Source: Bacteroidales bacterium (GTDB lineage: Bacteria; Bacteroidota; Bacteroidia; Bacteroidales; VadinHA17). Taken from it: DNA of 64,000 nucleotides. Of the stretch, positions 37,322-52,324 are shown piece after piece. The notes under the pieces are model-generated. The model made no database searches and was not told where the DNA came from. It saw only the letters and a list, made by a program, of their open reading frames with translations. How positions within the stretch are numbered: position 1 is the stretch's first letter; each line of letters opens with the position of its first letter. Where the stretch lies: NCBI GenBank assembly GCA_049294075.1, contig JBAQCK010000039.1:3409-67408 (forward strand). Reading direction: 5' to 3'. A program made the translations under genes and the position numbers.

Positions 37322-37942
37322 ATGGCTCTACAGGTAGAAGATCTTGAGGATCAGTCGAGATACAGGCAAATACTGAAAATACCATATGACGAACTGGTCA
37401 ATTTTGTTCTGGATTACATCAGGAGGAAATCGGGACTGATGGTACTATTCTGGGGAACATGTCTGTTATTTCTCGGCCTTGCTCTTTACATACGCCTGAA
37501 TATCCGGGGATATTTTCCTTTCAGGAATATCTTTATGCACACACTGCTCGGACTGATTGTCTTCCCCCTGATCAGCATTCCCGTTCATGAACTCCTTCAT
37601 ATTATTCCGTATTACCTGACAGGGGCCAGGAACATTAAAATCGGCATGGATCTGAAGCAGTACATGGTCTATGTAACTGCCCACAGATATGTGGCTTCGG
37701 AAAGACAATTCCGGGTTGTCGCCATATTACCCTTCCTGTTGATTAGTCTCATCCTCCTTTATCTCGTACTTACTCTTCCGGGTCTCTGGAAATGGAGCCT
37801 TTCATTATTCACCTTCGCCCATGCCACAATGTGTGCCGGCGACTTTGCAATGCTGAATTTCTATGTCGTTCACCCCGGGAAAAAAATCTACACCTGGGAT
37901 GATTTCGATGAAAAGACGGCATATTTCTATGAAGAGATATAG
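37322..37942 (+). CDS. DUF3267-like polytopic membrane protein with HExxH (putative zincin)
   Basis: 4-5 TM helices, 'PVHELLHIIPYY' HExxH motif. Start at ATG 37322 (MALQVEDLE...). Confidence 0.6.
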   Translation: MALQVEDLEDQSRYRQILKIPYDELVNFVLDYIRRKSGLMVLFWGTCLLFLGLALYIRLNIRGYFPFRNIFMHTLLGLIVFPLISIPVHELLHIIPYYLTGARNIKIGMDLKQYMVYVTAHRYVASERQFRVVAILPFLLISLILLYLVLTLPGLWKWSLSLFTFAHATMCAGDFAMLNFYVVHPGKKIYTWDDFDEKTAYFYEEI

Positions 37943-37960
37943 GAGGAAGATGGGGAGATG

Positions 37961-38016
37961 GGCGTGAAGGCATTAAGGCGTGAAGGCATTAAGGCGTGAA
38001 GGCGTGAAGGGGTGAA
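37961..38016. repeat. Octamer tandem repeat (ggcgtgaa/ggcattaa)x7
   Basis: ggcgtgaa ggcattaa ggcgtgaa ggcattaa ggcgtgaa ggcgtgaa ggggtgaa. The 8-nt period is non-coding. Flanked by GGGG/GGG tracts. Confidence 0.85.
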
Positions 38017-38031
38017 AGGGCGAGATAAAAA

Positions 38032-38063
38032 AGCCCGTCGGGTTATAAAAGACCGGACGGGCT
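38032..38063. terminator. Bidirectional terminator-like hairpin between convergent genes
   Basis: 8-bp stem agcccgtc/gacgggct, A-run on the 5' side and TTT on the 3' side. Confidence 0.6.
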
Positions 38064-38082
38064 TTCTGTATGGATCAGTTTT

Positions 38083-43033
<4,951 letters not shown>

Positions 43034-43197
43034 ATTCAGTGATTTTTGAAAAGTTGGTGAAAGATAATAAACTTTCGCCTTTCCCCAAAGAGGCACGCGA
43101 ACTTGTAAATGAACATTTTATTATTCACCGTTATCCGGATTTTCTCATTTTTTCGTAACTTTAAACACCATTCTAACCCTTTAACCCGATTGAACTT

Positions 43198-44055
43198 ATG
43201 GAAAAAGAAATAAAATCACTTTACAGCGAGTACAGGGAAGGCCGCCTGTCACGCAGGATCTTCCTTAAAAAGCTTGCCCTGTTAACCGGAAGCGGTATGG
43301 CTGCAGCAGCCTTATTGCCTGTCATAGAGGACAATGAGTCAAAGTCTGCAAAAACAGGAGGGAAAGCGCCGGTCCTTGTTACCGAATTCGTTACATATCC
43401 GGCTGCAACCGGCGAAATGAAAGCTTTCATGGCGCGGCCGAAAAAGGGCAAAAAGTTCCCTGCTGTGATTGTAATCCACGAGAACAGGGGATTGGTGCCT
43501 CACATCCAGGATGTGACAAGACGGATGGCAGGGGAAGGATTCCTCGCACTTGCTCCCGATGCACTGTCGCCTGTTGGAGGCACACCGGAAGATATTACCA
43601 ACGTCGGTGAACTGTTTAAGAAACTGAATAGCGATGAGACCATTAAGAACTTCACCGCTGCAGTGAAATACCTCAAGACTCATCCGAACTCAACAGGGAA
43701 AGTGGGCTGCACGGGTTTCTGCTGGGGCGGAGCCATGACTAACAACGTGGCAGTCAATTCACCCGATCTGAATGCAGCCGTTCCGTATTACGGAAGAACA
43801 CCTGCACCCGAGGACGTTGAAAAGATAAAAGCCCCTGTCATGGCCCACTATGCCGGCAACGATCCGGGAATCAATGCCGGTATTCCGGCGTTCGAGGAAG
43901 CCCTTAAGAAGTACAACAAGGAATATAAGATCTTCATGTACGAAGGCGCTTCCCATGCTTTCAATAACGACTCAAATACAGAGCGATATAACGAGCAGGC
44001 TGCCAAACTGGCCTGGGAAAGAACCATTCAGTTCTTCAGGGAAAAATTGAAATAG
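43198..44055 (+). CDS. Dienelactone hydrolase family protein with TAT-like signal
   Basis: 'SRRIFLKKLALLTGSGMAAAA', 'VIVIHENRGL', nucleophile elbow 'TGFCWGG'. Confidence 0.85.
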   Translation: MEKEIKSLYSEYREGRLSRRIFLKKLALLTGSGMAAAALLPVIEDNESKSAKTGGKAPVLVTEFVTYPAATGEMKAFMARPKKGKKFPAVIVIHENRGLVPHIQDVTRRMAGEGFLALAPDALSPVGGTPEDITNVGELFKKLNSDETIKNFTAAVKYLKTHPNSTGKVGCTGFCWGGAMTNNVAVNSPDLNAAVPYYGRTPAPEDVEKIKAPVMAHYAGNDPGINAGIPAFEEALKKYNKEYKIFMYEGASHAFNNDSNTERYNEQAAKLAWERTIQFFREKLK

Positions 44056-45196
44056 GGCCGGACGTTTTATTCCATATTCCTCCTATTGCATCCACAAAGG
44101 GCTTGCAATGGCGGAAAAAAGCCTTGTAGCCTTCGCACAGATAATTTAAACCTGGTTCTCCGTCGGGTGTAGTGATAAACCTGTTCTTCGGACACTCTCC
44201 GTTGCACATTGCTCTCACATCACATCCGAGGCAGTGACGGGGAAGTGTAAGCGATTTAGCCATCCCGAATTCCTTCTGCCTGCTGCTGTCGAGAAACTCA
44301 ACAATCGTTCCGTTACTTATGTTGCCAATAAGATGGTCACTGTTCACATAATGATCGCAGGAATAAAAATTTCCGTTAAGCTCAACTACCGGGACTCCGC
44401 CGCAATTTTCCCTGAAAATGCACAGCGTGTGACCCTGACCGAAGGCAGTCCGGGATGCTTCTTCAATTATCTGAATCTTGATTTTCCCTATATCGTTCTC
44501 AACCCATTCATCAAAAATGGTAATCAAAAACATGCCGAAATCCACAGCCGGCACAGTGGCACGGCTGACACCCGATTGTGACCGGGGCCGGGGCTCAACC
44601 AGAGGCAGGAATGTGATATTCACAGTGCCAAGCTCCCTGAAAAAGTCATATACAACGAGCGGAAACTTTACATTAAAGGAATTGACCACACACAGAATCT
44701 CCGGTTGAATCCCGGAACGCTGCAACAAGCCATAACCTTTCAGAACCGGCTGAAGCGAAGTACTGCCATCGGCATATTTTCTGGACCGGTTGTGAAGATC
44801 ACCGGGACCGTCAATGCTTATGCCGACGATGAATTTCTCCTGTGCCAGGAAATAGGCCCAGTCCCAGTCGATGAGGGTGCCATTGGTCTGGATGCCGTTG
44901 ACAATCTCCTTTCCCTCCGGCTTGAACTTTTTCTGGAGGCTTACAGCTTTCCTGAAGAAATCAATCCCGGCCAGAAGAGGCTCTCCTCCATGCCATGAAA
45001 AAAAGACAGTGGAATCAGTTGTCGCCTCGATATGCTGAATGATATATCTCTCCAGCATCTCATCACTCATCAGCATCGGTTTGCCGTCCTTGTGAATGGA
45101 TTGCTTCTTAAGGTAATAGCAATAGCTGCAACGCAGGTTGCACAGTCCGCCAACCGGCTTGGTAAAAATCTGAAATTCCCGCTCCTTTATTTCCAT
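44036..45196 (-). CDS. Anaerobic sulfatase-maturating enzyme-like radical SAM/SPASM protein
   Basis: 'GGLCNLRCSYCYY' cluster motif, C-terminal Cys-rich SPASM region 'CSCDHY...CLGCDVRAMCNGECPKNR'. Confidence 0.82.
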   Translation of the reverse strand: MEIKEREFQIFTKPVGGLCNLRCSYCYYLKKQSIHKDGKPMLMSDEMLERYIIQHIEATTDSTVFFSWHGGEPLLAGIDFFRKAVSLQKKFKPEGKEIVNGIQTNGTLIDWDWAYFLAQEKFIVGISIDGPGDLHNRSRKYADGSTSLQPVLKGYGLLQRSGIQPEILCVVNSFNVKFPLVVYDFFRELGTVNITFLPLVEPRPRSQSGVSRATVPAVDFGMFLITIFDEWVENDIGKIKIQIIEEASRTAFGQGHTLCIFRENCGGVPVVELNGNFYSCDHYVNSDHLIGNISNGTIVEFLDSSRQKEFGMAKSLTLPRHCLGCDVRAMCNGECPKNRFITTPDGEPGLNYLCEGYKAFFRHCKPFVDAIGGIWNKTSGPISIFP

Positions 45197-45200
45197 AAGA

Positions 45201-46592
45201 CTACTTTTCAGTGTTTTCCCACTTTATTATATAATTCTCCGCATCATCAGGGATATTCATCCTTATCCTCTGTCCCACCGGGTAATAATTGTTTATCCTG
45301 TTGCCTATATTATTGCCGAAACCAAGACTGGCTCCGCGGTATGATGCCAGAAACCATCCTAAAGGCACTTTAATTCCATCCACCGTATCTTTCCTTAGCC
45401 ATGCCAGTACCTGCTTCAGGTCAAGATCTGCAATGGGAAATGCTCCTGCCTTCATACCCCCCGACAACGAAAGTTCATGCGCCGGGATGTATCCGTTTCT
45501 TTTGGCCGAACCTATTTTTGTCCCGGGCATAATCATCGTCAGACAGGCGTCGAGTGCCATAAAGTCAGCCGGCTTGCCCGGAATATAATAAATATCTTCT
45601 CCTTTTCTGACAAGATTCTCTGTATTGAAACAGGTCCAGCGTCCGGCAACTTCACGGTCGGCTCCCGAAATTTCGTTTCCCTTTGCTTTTCTGACGGACG
45701 GAGCCCTCCCTCCATCTCCTCCGGTCTTCCTTATGACTGAAACGAATAAGCCCTCCCCCCTGATCTTTCCGGGATGAAATCCATAACCGGTTATTCTCCC
45801 GTTCGATATCTCAGTAATCCCTTCAAATCCCGAAATGTCGAGACTCACTGATTCTGCCTGTTCACTTCCGGTAAGCCATGAGACATTTTCTTCATTTTCA
45901 CCGGGATTGAAGGTGCATGTGCTGTAAATAAGTATGCCCCCCGGCCTTAGAGCCGGCCAGACCTCAGAAAGGATTCTTTTCTGTCTTTCAGCACACAAAA
46001 GAGTATTGCCGACCGACCATTCATTCACTGCAATGCTGTCCCTGAACATCCCTTCGCCGGAACATGGGGCATCGACAAGCATCAGGTCGAAAAAACCCGG
46101 CAGACGGCTGAATGCCGACGGATCGTTCCTTGTAACAATGGTATTGGCTGTTCCCCACCTGGCGATGTTTTCAGCAAGGATGTCCGATCGCTGCCTGATT
46201 ACCTCATTCGAAACCAGAAGGCTCTCAGGTCCGATCAATGATGAAAGATGGGTGCTTTTTCCTCCTGGCGCCCCGCAGAGGTCCAGAACTTTCAGATATC
46301 CGGATGTGTCGACCACCTGTGTGATAACCTGTTCCATGAACATGCCGGATGCCTCCTGAGCGTAATAGCATCCCGCTCGAAATAGCGGATCGAGAGTGAA
46401 GGAAGGCCTCGATGCTAAGTAGTAACCCGAACTGCACCAGGGAACCGGTTCTGTCTTTTCAGGCTTAAGGTCCCACTTCAATGAATTGATCCTTACACTC
46501 ACCGGAGACGGATCCTGAAGCGCCCTTATAAGACATTCTCCGTCAAGATATTCCTGACCTGAAATCCTTTTTATGAATTCCCCGGGAAACAT
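45201..46592 (-). CDS. RsmB/RsmF (NOL1/NOP2/Sun) family rRNA cytosine-C5 methyltransferase
   Basis: 'VLDLCGAPGGKSTH', 'LVDAPCSGEGMFR', 'LIYSTCTFNPGENE'. Start at ATG 46592, which avoids overlap with the permease gene. Confidence 0.8.
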   Translation of the reverse strand: MFPGEFIKRISGQEYLDGECLIRALQDPSPVSVRINSLKWDLKPEKTEPVPWCSSGYYLASRPSFTLDPLFRAGCYYAQEASGMFMEQVITQVVDTSGYLKVLDLCGAPGGKSTHLSSLIGPESLLVSNEVIRQRSDILAENIARWGTANTIVTRNDPSAFSRLPGFFDLMLVDAPCSGEGMFRDSIAVNEWSVGNTLLCAERQKRILSEVWPALRPGGILIYSTCTFNPGENEENVSWLTGSEQAESVSLDISGFEGITEISNGRITGYGFHPGKIRGEGLFVSVIRKTGGDGGRAPSVRKAKGNEISGADREVAGRWTCFNTENLVRKGEDIYYIPGKPADFMALDACLTMIMPGTKIGSAKRNGYIPAHELSLSGGMKAGAFPIADLDLKQVLAWLRKDTVDGIKVPLGWFLASYRGASLGFGNNIGNRINNYYPVGQRIRMNIPDDAENYIIKWENTEK

Positions 46593-46596
46593 CGGA

Positions 46597-48033
46597 TCAG
46601 GAAAATCTTCTCCATAAATAATACACCGGAATACCCAGCAACACAATCACCAGTCCGGGGAATGTGTAATTCGGTTTGTAAATCAACAGGATCACCATAA
46701 TAAAAGTGGTGGTCAGGATGTACACTGCCGGTATCACAGGGTATCCCCAGGCTTTGTAGGGACGGGGCACCTCGGGCTTTTTGACCCGGAGAATGTAGAG
46801 TGCAAAAATTGTAAGGGCAAAAAACAGAAGCACGGCAAATATGACATAGTCGAGCAGGTCGCTGTAGGTCCCTGAAAGGCAAAGCAATATTGCCCATATT
46901 CCCTGGATTGCAATGGCGAATCCCGGAACTCCCTTGCTGTTGATCCTTGCAATTCTTTTAAAGAAAAGACCGTCCATTGCCATTGCATAGTAAACCCTTG
47001 GTCCGGCAAGAATCAGTCCATGGTTGCAGCCGAATGTACTGATCATCACAAATATTGCCATAATGATGGCTGCATAGTCTCCGAACACCACGCTCATGGC
47101 TGAAGTTGCAACCCTGTCGTCGGTCGCAAACTGGATACCTCTGGACAGAACGTCTGTACCGTCGGGACTACCGGAAAGAGGAAGTATCCTGATGTAAACC
47201 CAGTTGATGAAAAGATATATCACCGAGACTATTAGTGTTCCGAATATAAGGCTGAGCGGAACCGTTCGTTTGGGATTTATAACCTCCCCAGAGATGTATG
47301 TTACGTTGTACCACGCATCGGATGAGAACAAGGATCCCACAAGAGCCGTAGCCACAGCAGTCACCAGGACAAAGCCCGAAAGCGGAATAGCCTGGTTATC
47401 TGCACCTATTTTCCCGGCTTCCCAGAACACCTCTTTGTTTATCTCCCACGATTCATGTCCCCTTATTGCAAAAAATCCGACCACTATGAAACCAAAAAGG
47501 GCGAGGACCTTGGTCGATGTGAAAATATTGACTACGATTTTCCCTGTAACTATTCCCCGGGTATTAAGCCAGGTCAGAAAGGCAATCATTGAAATGGCAA
47601 CCACCATGGTGGTGCTTATCTTCAGGAAACCTGCCTCTAACAGGATGTTCCTGTCAGATATCCACGGGAACAGCACACCGCTGAATTTGGCGAAAGCCAC
47701 AGCCACGGCAGCTATTGAACCGCACTGGATAACAAGGAAAGTCGTCCAGCCGAAAAGAAATCCTATCAGGGGATTGTAAGCCTCGCGAAGGTATACATAC
47801 TGTCCGCCGACATCGGGCATCATCGAAGCAAGTTCACCGTAACTTATTGCTCCGATCACTGTTATGATACCGGTTATCAGCCACACAACCATCAGCCAGC
47901 CCGGTGAACCTACACTCCTTGCAATATCTGCGCTCGTTATGAATATCCCGGATCCTATCATGGCTCCGGCTACTATTGAGATCCCGTCGAAAAGATTGAC
48001 CCGCTTTTTCAGAAGGTTGTTCTCTGCCTGCAT
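46597..48033 (-). CDS. APC superfamily amino acid permease
   Basis: About 12 TM helices, N-terminal 'SIVAGAMIGSGIFITS' APC signature. Confidence 0.85.
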   Translation of the reverse strand: MQAENNLLKKRVNLFDGISIVAGAMIGSGIFITSADIARSVGSPGWLMVVWLITGIITVIGAISYGELASMMPDVGGQYVYLREAYNPLIGFLFGWTTFLVIQCGSIAAVAVAFAKFSGVLFPWISDRNILLEAGFLKISTTMVVAISMIAFLTWLNTRGIVTGKIVVNIFTSTKVLALFGFIVVGFFAIRGHESWEINKEVFWEAGKIGADNQAIPLSGFVLVTAVATALVGSLFSSDAWYNVTYISGEVINPKRTVPLSLIFGTLIVSVIYLFINWVYIRILPLSGSPDGTDVLSRGIQFATDDRVATSAMSVVFGDYAAIIMAIFVMISTFGCNHGLILAGPRVYYAMAMDGLFFKRIARINSKGVPGFAIAIQGIWAILLCLSGTYSDLLDYVIFAVLLFFALTIFALYILRVKKPEVPRPYKAWGYPVIPAVYILTTTFIMVILLIYKPNYTFPGLVIVLLGIPVYYLWRRFS

Positions 48034-48129
48034 CTATAAGTTTGTAACATGAAAGCAAAAGTAAACAAACAAATGAAATATTTTCCCCGCATTCACTGTG
48101 TCTTGAAAGCAGAAATGACTTTTTCGTAA

Positions 48130-50781
48130 CTAATTGGCAAACGGTATTTCCTTGCCTGTTAGCCTGATCTTTCCGCTGACGACGTTAGTGAATCCGGGAT
48201 CAAGGTAGCCATTGAATCCGGGCTGTTTTCCTCCGACCGAAATTGAAAAGTATCCGGGTTCAATCACTCTCTTGTTCTTCTTGTTAATGATTGAAAACTG
48301 ACGGGGTTCGAGATTGAACTCAACTACCTTGCTTTCGCCGGGCTTAAGGCTTATTCTGGAGAATCCCTCGAGCTGCCTTACCGGCCTGGGAGTTGTTGCC
48401 TTTTCATCGGTCAGATATAGCTGTACAACCTCGTCTCCTTCAACCTTACCAGTGTTGGTAACCTTTACCTTTACTGTTATTTTTTCTCCGGCAACAGCCT
48501 TTTCAGCAAGCGACAGATCGCTGTAACTGAAAGTTGTGTAGCTCAAACCATAACCGAAAGGATACAATGGTTCTTTCAGGAAATACCTGTAGGTCTTTCC
48601 TGCCATGTCATAGTTCTCAAATTCGGGGATCTGGTCGATTGATTTGTAGTATGTTACAGGCAGCCGGCCGGCTGGATTGTAATCTCCGAAGATTACATCG
48701 GCAACTGCATTGCCCCCCTGCTGTCCTCCGTAACCTGCAAGAAGTATTGCCGCAGCTTTTTCCTGAGCCTTGTTTATGGCTATCGCACCTCCGCTGGTAA
48801 GCACCACTATTACGGGTTTGCCTGTAGCCACCATGGCATCGAGCAGTTTTTCCTGGACTGCAGGAAGCTGGATGTCAGTCCTGTCACCGCCGCTGAATCC
48901 ATCGATCTTGATAGGCATTTCCTCTCCTTCAAGTCTTTGCGAAAGACCAAGCACCAGTACTACCGCATCGGCCTGACCTGCAGCGGCAACAGCCTTTTGA
49001 AGCATGTCTTTCCCGGGTTGACTCCAGAGGAGTTTCATGTCGGCGTCACCGGCGTAATTCTTGTACAGTACTTCTATTTTGTATTTCTGACCGGCCTGCA
49101 GTTCAACCTGGAACTCCTTATGGAAAGCATGGTGTTCATTCCTTTCTGCAATAACCTGTTTTCCTTCAAATAATATTTCATATCCTGATGATCCCCAGCT
49201 TCCTATAGCGTACGATCCGCTTTCGGGAGGAACCAGGTAAGTTGTCCACTTAACCCCGAAATCATCATCGGGGAGATCTGGCGAGGGAGAAAAATGTTCC
49301 CAGTAGAAATTTATCTGGTCGTCCCTGCGTGTAAATACCGGTTCTCCATTCATCTCCCTGTTGTTGAAGTATTCGCCCAAAGCCCCCTGTTTGCCGTCGG
49401 GAGCCTGGAGATATCCGGAAGGAATGACTGTCAGATTGTGGATACCATCGGCAAGGTCGCTTCCCTCGGCATACAAGACTTCAGTTTCGGGTTTAACCTT
49501 GTTTTTAATACCTTTAAGGATTGTAACCGGATCCTTCGGGATCCCGTTATAATTGCCAATAAGCGCTTCAAAATTGTCAGCATTGGGACCTATAACCGCT
49601 ATTGTTTTTACCGATTTTGCAAGAGGAAGCACATTGTCTGAGTTCTTGAGAAGCACAATGGATTCGCTGGCGGCCTTGCGGGCAAGCGTATTGTTGTAAT
49701 CCGAGCAGTTTGCAAAGAAGGGAATGCCTGCATACGGAACCATGTCGTCCGGATCGAACATCCCAAGCCTGAACCGGGCTGTCATGACTCTCTTTGCGGC
49801 AAGGGTAATTTCATCTTCGGTGATGAGTCCTCTCTCAACGGCTGCCACCAGATTTTTATAGTCATAGCCGCACTCGAGGTCTGTACCGGCCTTTACTGCC
49901 TGTGCGGCCGCCTCGGCAGGATCCTTTGCAAATTTGGTGAACTTGTAAAAATCGGAGATTGCCCAGCAATCAGAAACAATATACCCCTTGAATCCCCACT
50001 CATTCCTCAGTATTCCGTAAAGAATAGGATTTGCGCAGCATGGATAGTCACGGAACATGTTGTAGGCTCCCATCACTGAATATGCACCTCCGTCAACAAT
50101 TAAAGTCCTGAATGCAGGCAGATAGGTTTCCCTCAGATCCACCTCGCTCACATTTGCATTGAACTCATGCCGGAGTGATTCCGGACCTGAATGCACCGCA
50201 TAATGCTTTGCTGTTGCCACAGTCTTCAGATATTTAGGGTCGTCTCCCTGCAGCCCTCTGACAAACTGGTAACCCATCCGGGCTGTAAGATAGGGATCTT
50301 CACCGTAGGTCTCATGACCTCTTCCCCATCGCGGGTCCCTGAAGATATTTATATTTGGCGACCAGAAGGTAAGCCCCTGGTAAATGCCCGTTTTGCCTCT
50401 CCGCTGGAACTCATGGTATTTGGCCCTGCCCTCATCGGAAATGGCATTAGCCACGTTGAACATAAGTCCTTCATCCCATGAGTTGGCAATTGTTATCGAC
50501 TGCGGAAAAACAGTAGCAAATCCGGCACGTGCAACACCATGCAGGGCCTCGTTCCACCAGTTGTACGACGGGATACCGAGCCGCGGAATTGCCGGTGCCG
50601 TATAAAGAAGCTGATCAACTTTTTCCTTAAGGGTAAGCCGTGAAACAAGATCGCTGACCCGTTGTTCCTCGCTGAGCGAGGGATCCATGAACAGGAAGGC
50701 ATTCGTTCCCTGCTGAGCTTCAACAGGAGAGATAAACCCCATCAGGATAATGGCAAGTAAACTCTGAACTACTTTCTTCAT
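48130..50781 (-). CDS. GH3 beta-glucosidase/exo-glycosidase with PA14-like insert
   Basis: Signal peptide, 'PRWGRGHETYGEDP', nucleophile region 'GYIVSDCWAI', insert 'GEYFNNREMNGEPVF...' (PA14-like), Fn3-like C-terminus. Confidence 0.88.
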   Translation of the reverse strand: MKKVVQSLLAIILMGFISPVEAQQGTNAFLFMDPSLSEEQRVSDLVSRLTLKEKVDQLLYTAPAIPRLGIPSYNWWNEALHGVARAGFATVFPQSITIANSWDEGLMFNVANAISDEGRAKYHEFQRRGKTGIYQGLTFWSPNINIFRDPRWGRGHETYGEDPYLTARMGYQFVRGLQGDDPKYLKTVATAKHYAVHSGPESLRHEFNANVSEVDLRETYLPAFRTLIVDGGAYSVMGAYNMFRDYPCCANPILYGILRNEWGFKGYIVSDCWAISDFYKFTKFAKDPAEAAAQAVKAGTDLECGYDYKNLVAAVERGLITEDEITLAAKRVMTARFRLGMFDPDDMVPYAGIPFFANCSDYNNTLARKAASESIVLLKNSDNVLPLAKSVKTIAVIGPNADNFEALIGNYNGIPKDPVTILKGIKNKVKPETEVLYAEGSDLADGIHNLTVIPSGYLQAPDGKQGALGEYFNNREMNGEPVFTRRDDQINFYWEHFSPSPDLPDDDFGVKWTTYLVPPESGSYAIGSWGSSGYEILFEGKQVIAERNEHHAFHKEFQVELQAGQKYKIEVLYKNYAGDADMKLLWSQPGKDMLQKAVAAAGQADAVVLVLGLSQRLEGEEMPIKIDGFSGGDRTDIQLPAVQEKLLDAMVATGKPVIVVLTSGGAIAINKAQEKAAAILLAGYGGQQGGNAVADVIFGDYNPAGRLPVTYYKSIDQIPEFENYDMAGKTYRYFLKEPLYPFGYGLSYTTFSYSDLSLAEKAVAGEKITVKVKVTNTGKVEGDEVVQLYLTDEKATTPRPVRQLEGFSRISLKPGESKVVEFNLEPRQFSIINKKNKRVIEPGYFSISVGGKQPGFNGYLDPGFTNVVSGKIRLTGKEIPFAN

Positions 50782-50823
50782 GATAGATTTTTTTAAATAT
50801 TGAAAAAAAGAACTTCTGACCAT

Positions 50824-52266
50824 TCAGTCTGTCTTCACAATCTTCAGTGCTATATCTGTTGTATATAAGGGGGTATTCAGCATTACCCATCCGCCCTGAT
50901 GACCGCGAATGGTATTCTCCGTCTCTCCTCCGGTCAGGGTGTTTACCCAGGTGGTCCGGTAGGAGCCGGGAGATAGATTTATCTCAACAAGAGCGCTGGT
51001 TCCGGGTGTTTCATTACCGTCGAGATAAATCACCATGGTCCGTCGATTATCCGCAAGTCCCCGAGCAGAAATATTTTCCTGTCCGATTACTCTCACAATT
51101 CCTTCAGGGAGAGGTTTCATGTTAACAAAATCAACCTGCTTCATGAATCCGGCCAGTATTCCGAACTGATTGCGCAGGGCCCTGCCTCCTCCTCCGGGCT
51201 GGCCTTCCTGAATCTCAAAGCTGCCATCCTCTGTTTCAGCCGTAAATGAGTAATCGAGGTGGTTGAACAAGGCACCTCCTGCCAGAATGAAATTCCATGC
51301 TTCCTTTCGGTAAGTTTCATCCTCTATACCATCAAATCCGGTTTCATTGTCACCCAATGGCATATTAAGATGATAATTCATGGCTACTGTAACAGGAGGA
51401 GCGGCATAATGAAAATTATAAACTGAGACTCCCTCCCTGGGATGGGGAACCTTCTTTTTCTGATTTGCCACATTGTTCGAAATAAGGTGTTTTGTAACCA
51501 TGTCCTTCTCTGCTTCCACAACAACCCGCGTCATGTGATCCTCCCACTGCCTCAGTAATGTGGTATCACCGAAATAGGGCTCATTGCAGATCTCATAATA
51601 GAGATTATCAAATCCGCTGAGCTCCTTCACTATCTTCCTGACCATCGTTTCCTGAATCTCAAGCAACTCAGGATGCTTCAATGAAAGAACCTCCTTCTGA
51701 TCCTTTACCTTAATTATGCCGTTTATGTTGTTGGAATAGTACAATGGAGACAATTTCCACTGAAGCGTATCGTAAAAATTGGAAAACAGGTCGAGTTCAA
51801 CCACAATCCCCCTCCTGCCGGCCTCCGCCACGAAATCCCTAAGCCTTTCGAAATACCCGTAATCCCAGCTTTCAAGATCAAACTTGTTGCCTCCCACGGC
51901 GTAACCAGGTTCTGTACTCCGGGCCCATGGACAGATGAACCTTCCGGAATCGGGGGCAAGAGTATTGGCACGTATTCCGAATGCCCCCTTTGGCTCCACA
52001 TAAATACCCGAAAATGTGCGGGTTATATTCAACCCGGATGCTGCAAGCTCATCGAAGTATTTTATGTAGTCAAAATCAAGGTTCATCACCGCACCGTAAT
52101 GCTCGGTGGATCCGATCAGCAGGGTTGGTTTCCCTCTGAACAGGAAATAATGCGGATTATCAGGATGCAGTGCAAGAAACTCTTTTGGTTGCGACGAAGA
52201 AGCGCAGGAAGAAACCAGCAGGGCAGCGACAAGCCAGCCCGTAAGTTTTAAGACTTTCAGATTCAT
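50824..52266 (-). CDS. Lipoprotein, clan GH-A (GH5-like TIM barrel) putative glycoside hydrolase; family unclear
   Basis: Lipobox 'LLVSSCASS', 'LNITRTFSG', acid/base-type 'YYEICNEPY' NEP motif. Confidence 0.5.
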   Translation of the reverse strand: MNLKVLKLTGWLVAALLVSSCASSSQPKEFLALHPDNPHYFLFRGKPTLLIGSTEHYGAVMNLDFDYIKYFDELAASGLNITRTFSGIYVEPKGAFGIRANTLAPDSGRFICPWARSTEPGYAVGGNKFDLESWDYGYFERLRDFVAEAGRRGIVVELDLFSNFYDTLQWKLSPLYYSNNINGIIKVKDQKEVLSLKHPELLEIQETMVRKIVKELSGFDNLYYEICNEPYFGDTTLLRQWEDHMTRVVVEAEKDMVTKHLISNNVANQKKKVPHPREGVSVYNFHYAAPPVTVAMNYHLNMPLGDNETGFDGIEDETYRKEAWNFILAGGALFNHLDYSFTAETEDGSFEIQEGQPGGGGRALRNQFGILAGFMKQVDFVNMKPLPEGIVRVIGQENISARGLADNRRTMVIYLDGNETPGTSALVEINLSPGSYRTTWVNTLTGGETENTIRGHQGGWVMLNTPLYTTDIALKIVKTD

Positions 52267-52324
52267 TAGTTTATGAACTATATTGTAATTTCATCATATC
52301 GCCGGCCAAAGCTTATCGACCTGC

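Noticed and set aside
37961-38016. Possible CRISPR-like array
   Set aside because: Units are 8 nt and directly abutting, with no spacers. This is a simple tandem repeat, not a CRISPR.
44036-45196. SPASM enzyme as a RiPP maturase
   Set aside because: No short precursor-like ORF, transporter or protease is adjacent. The flanks are fully occupied by rsmF-like and dienelactone hydrolase genes.
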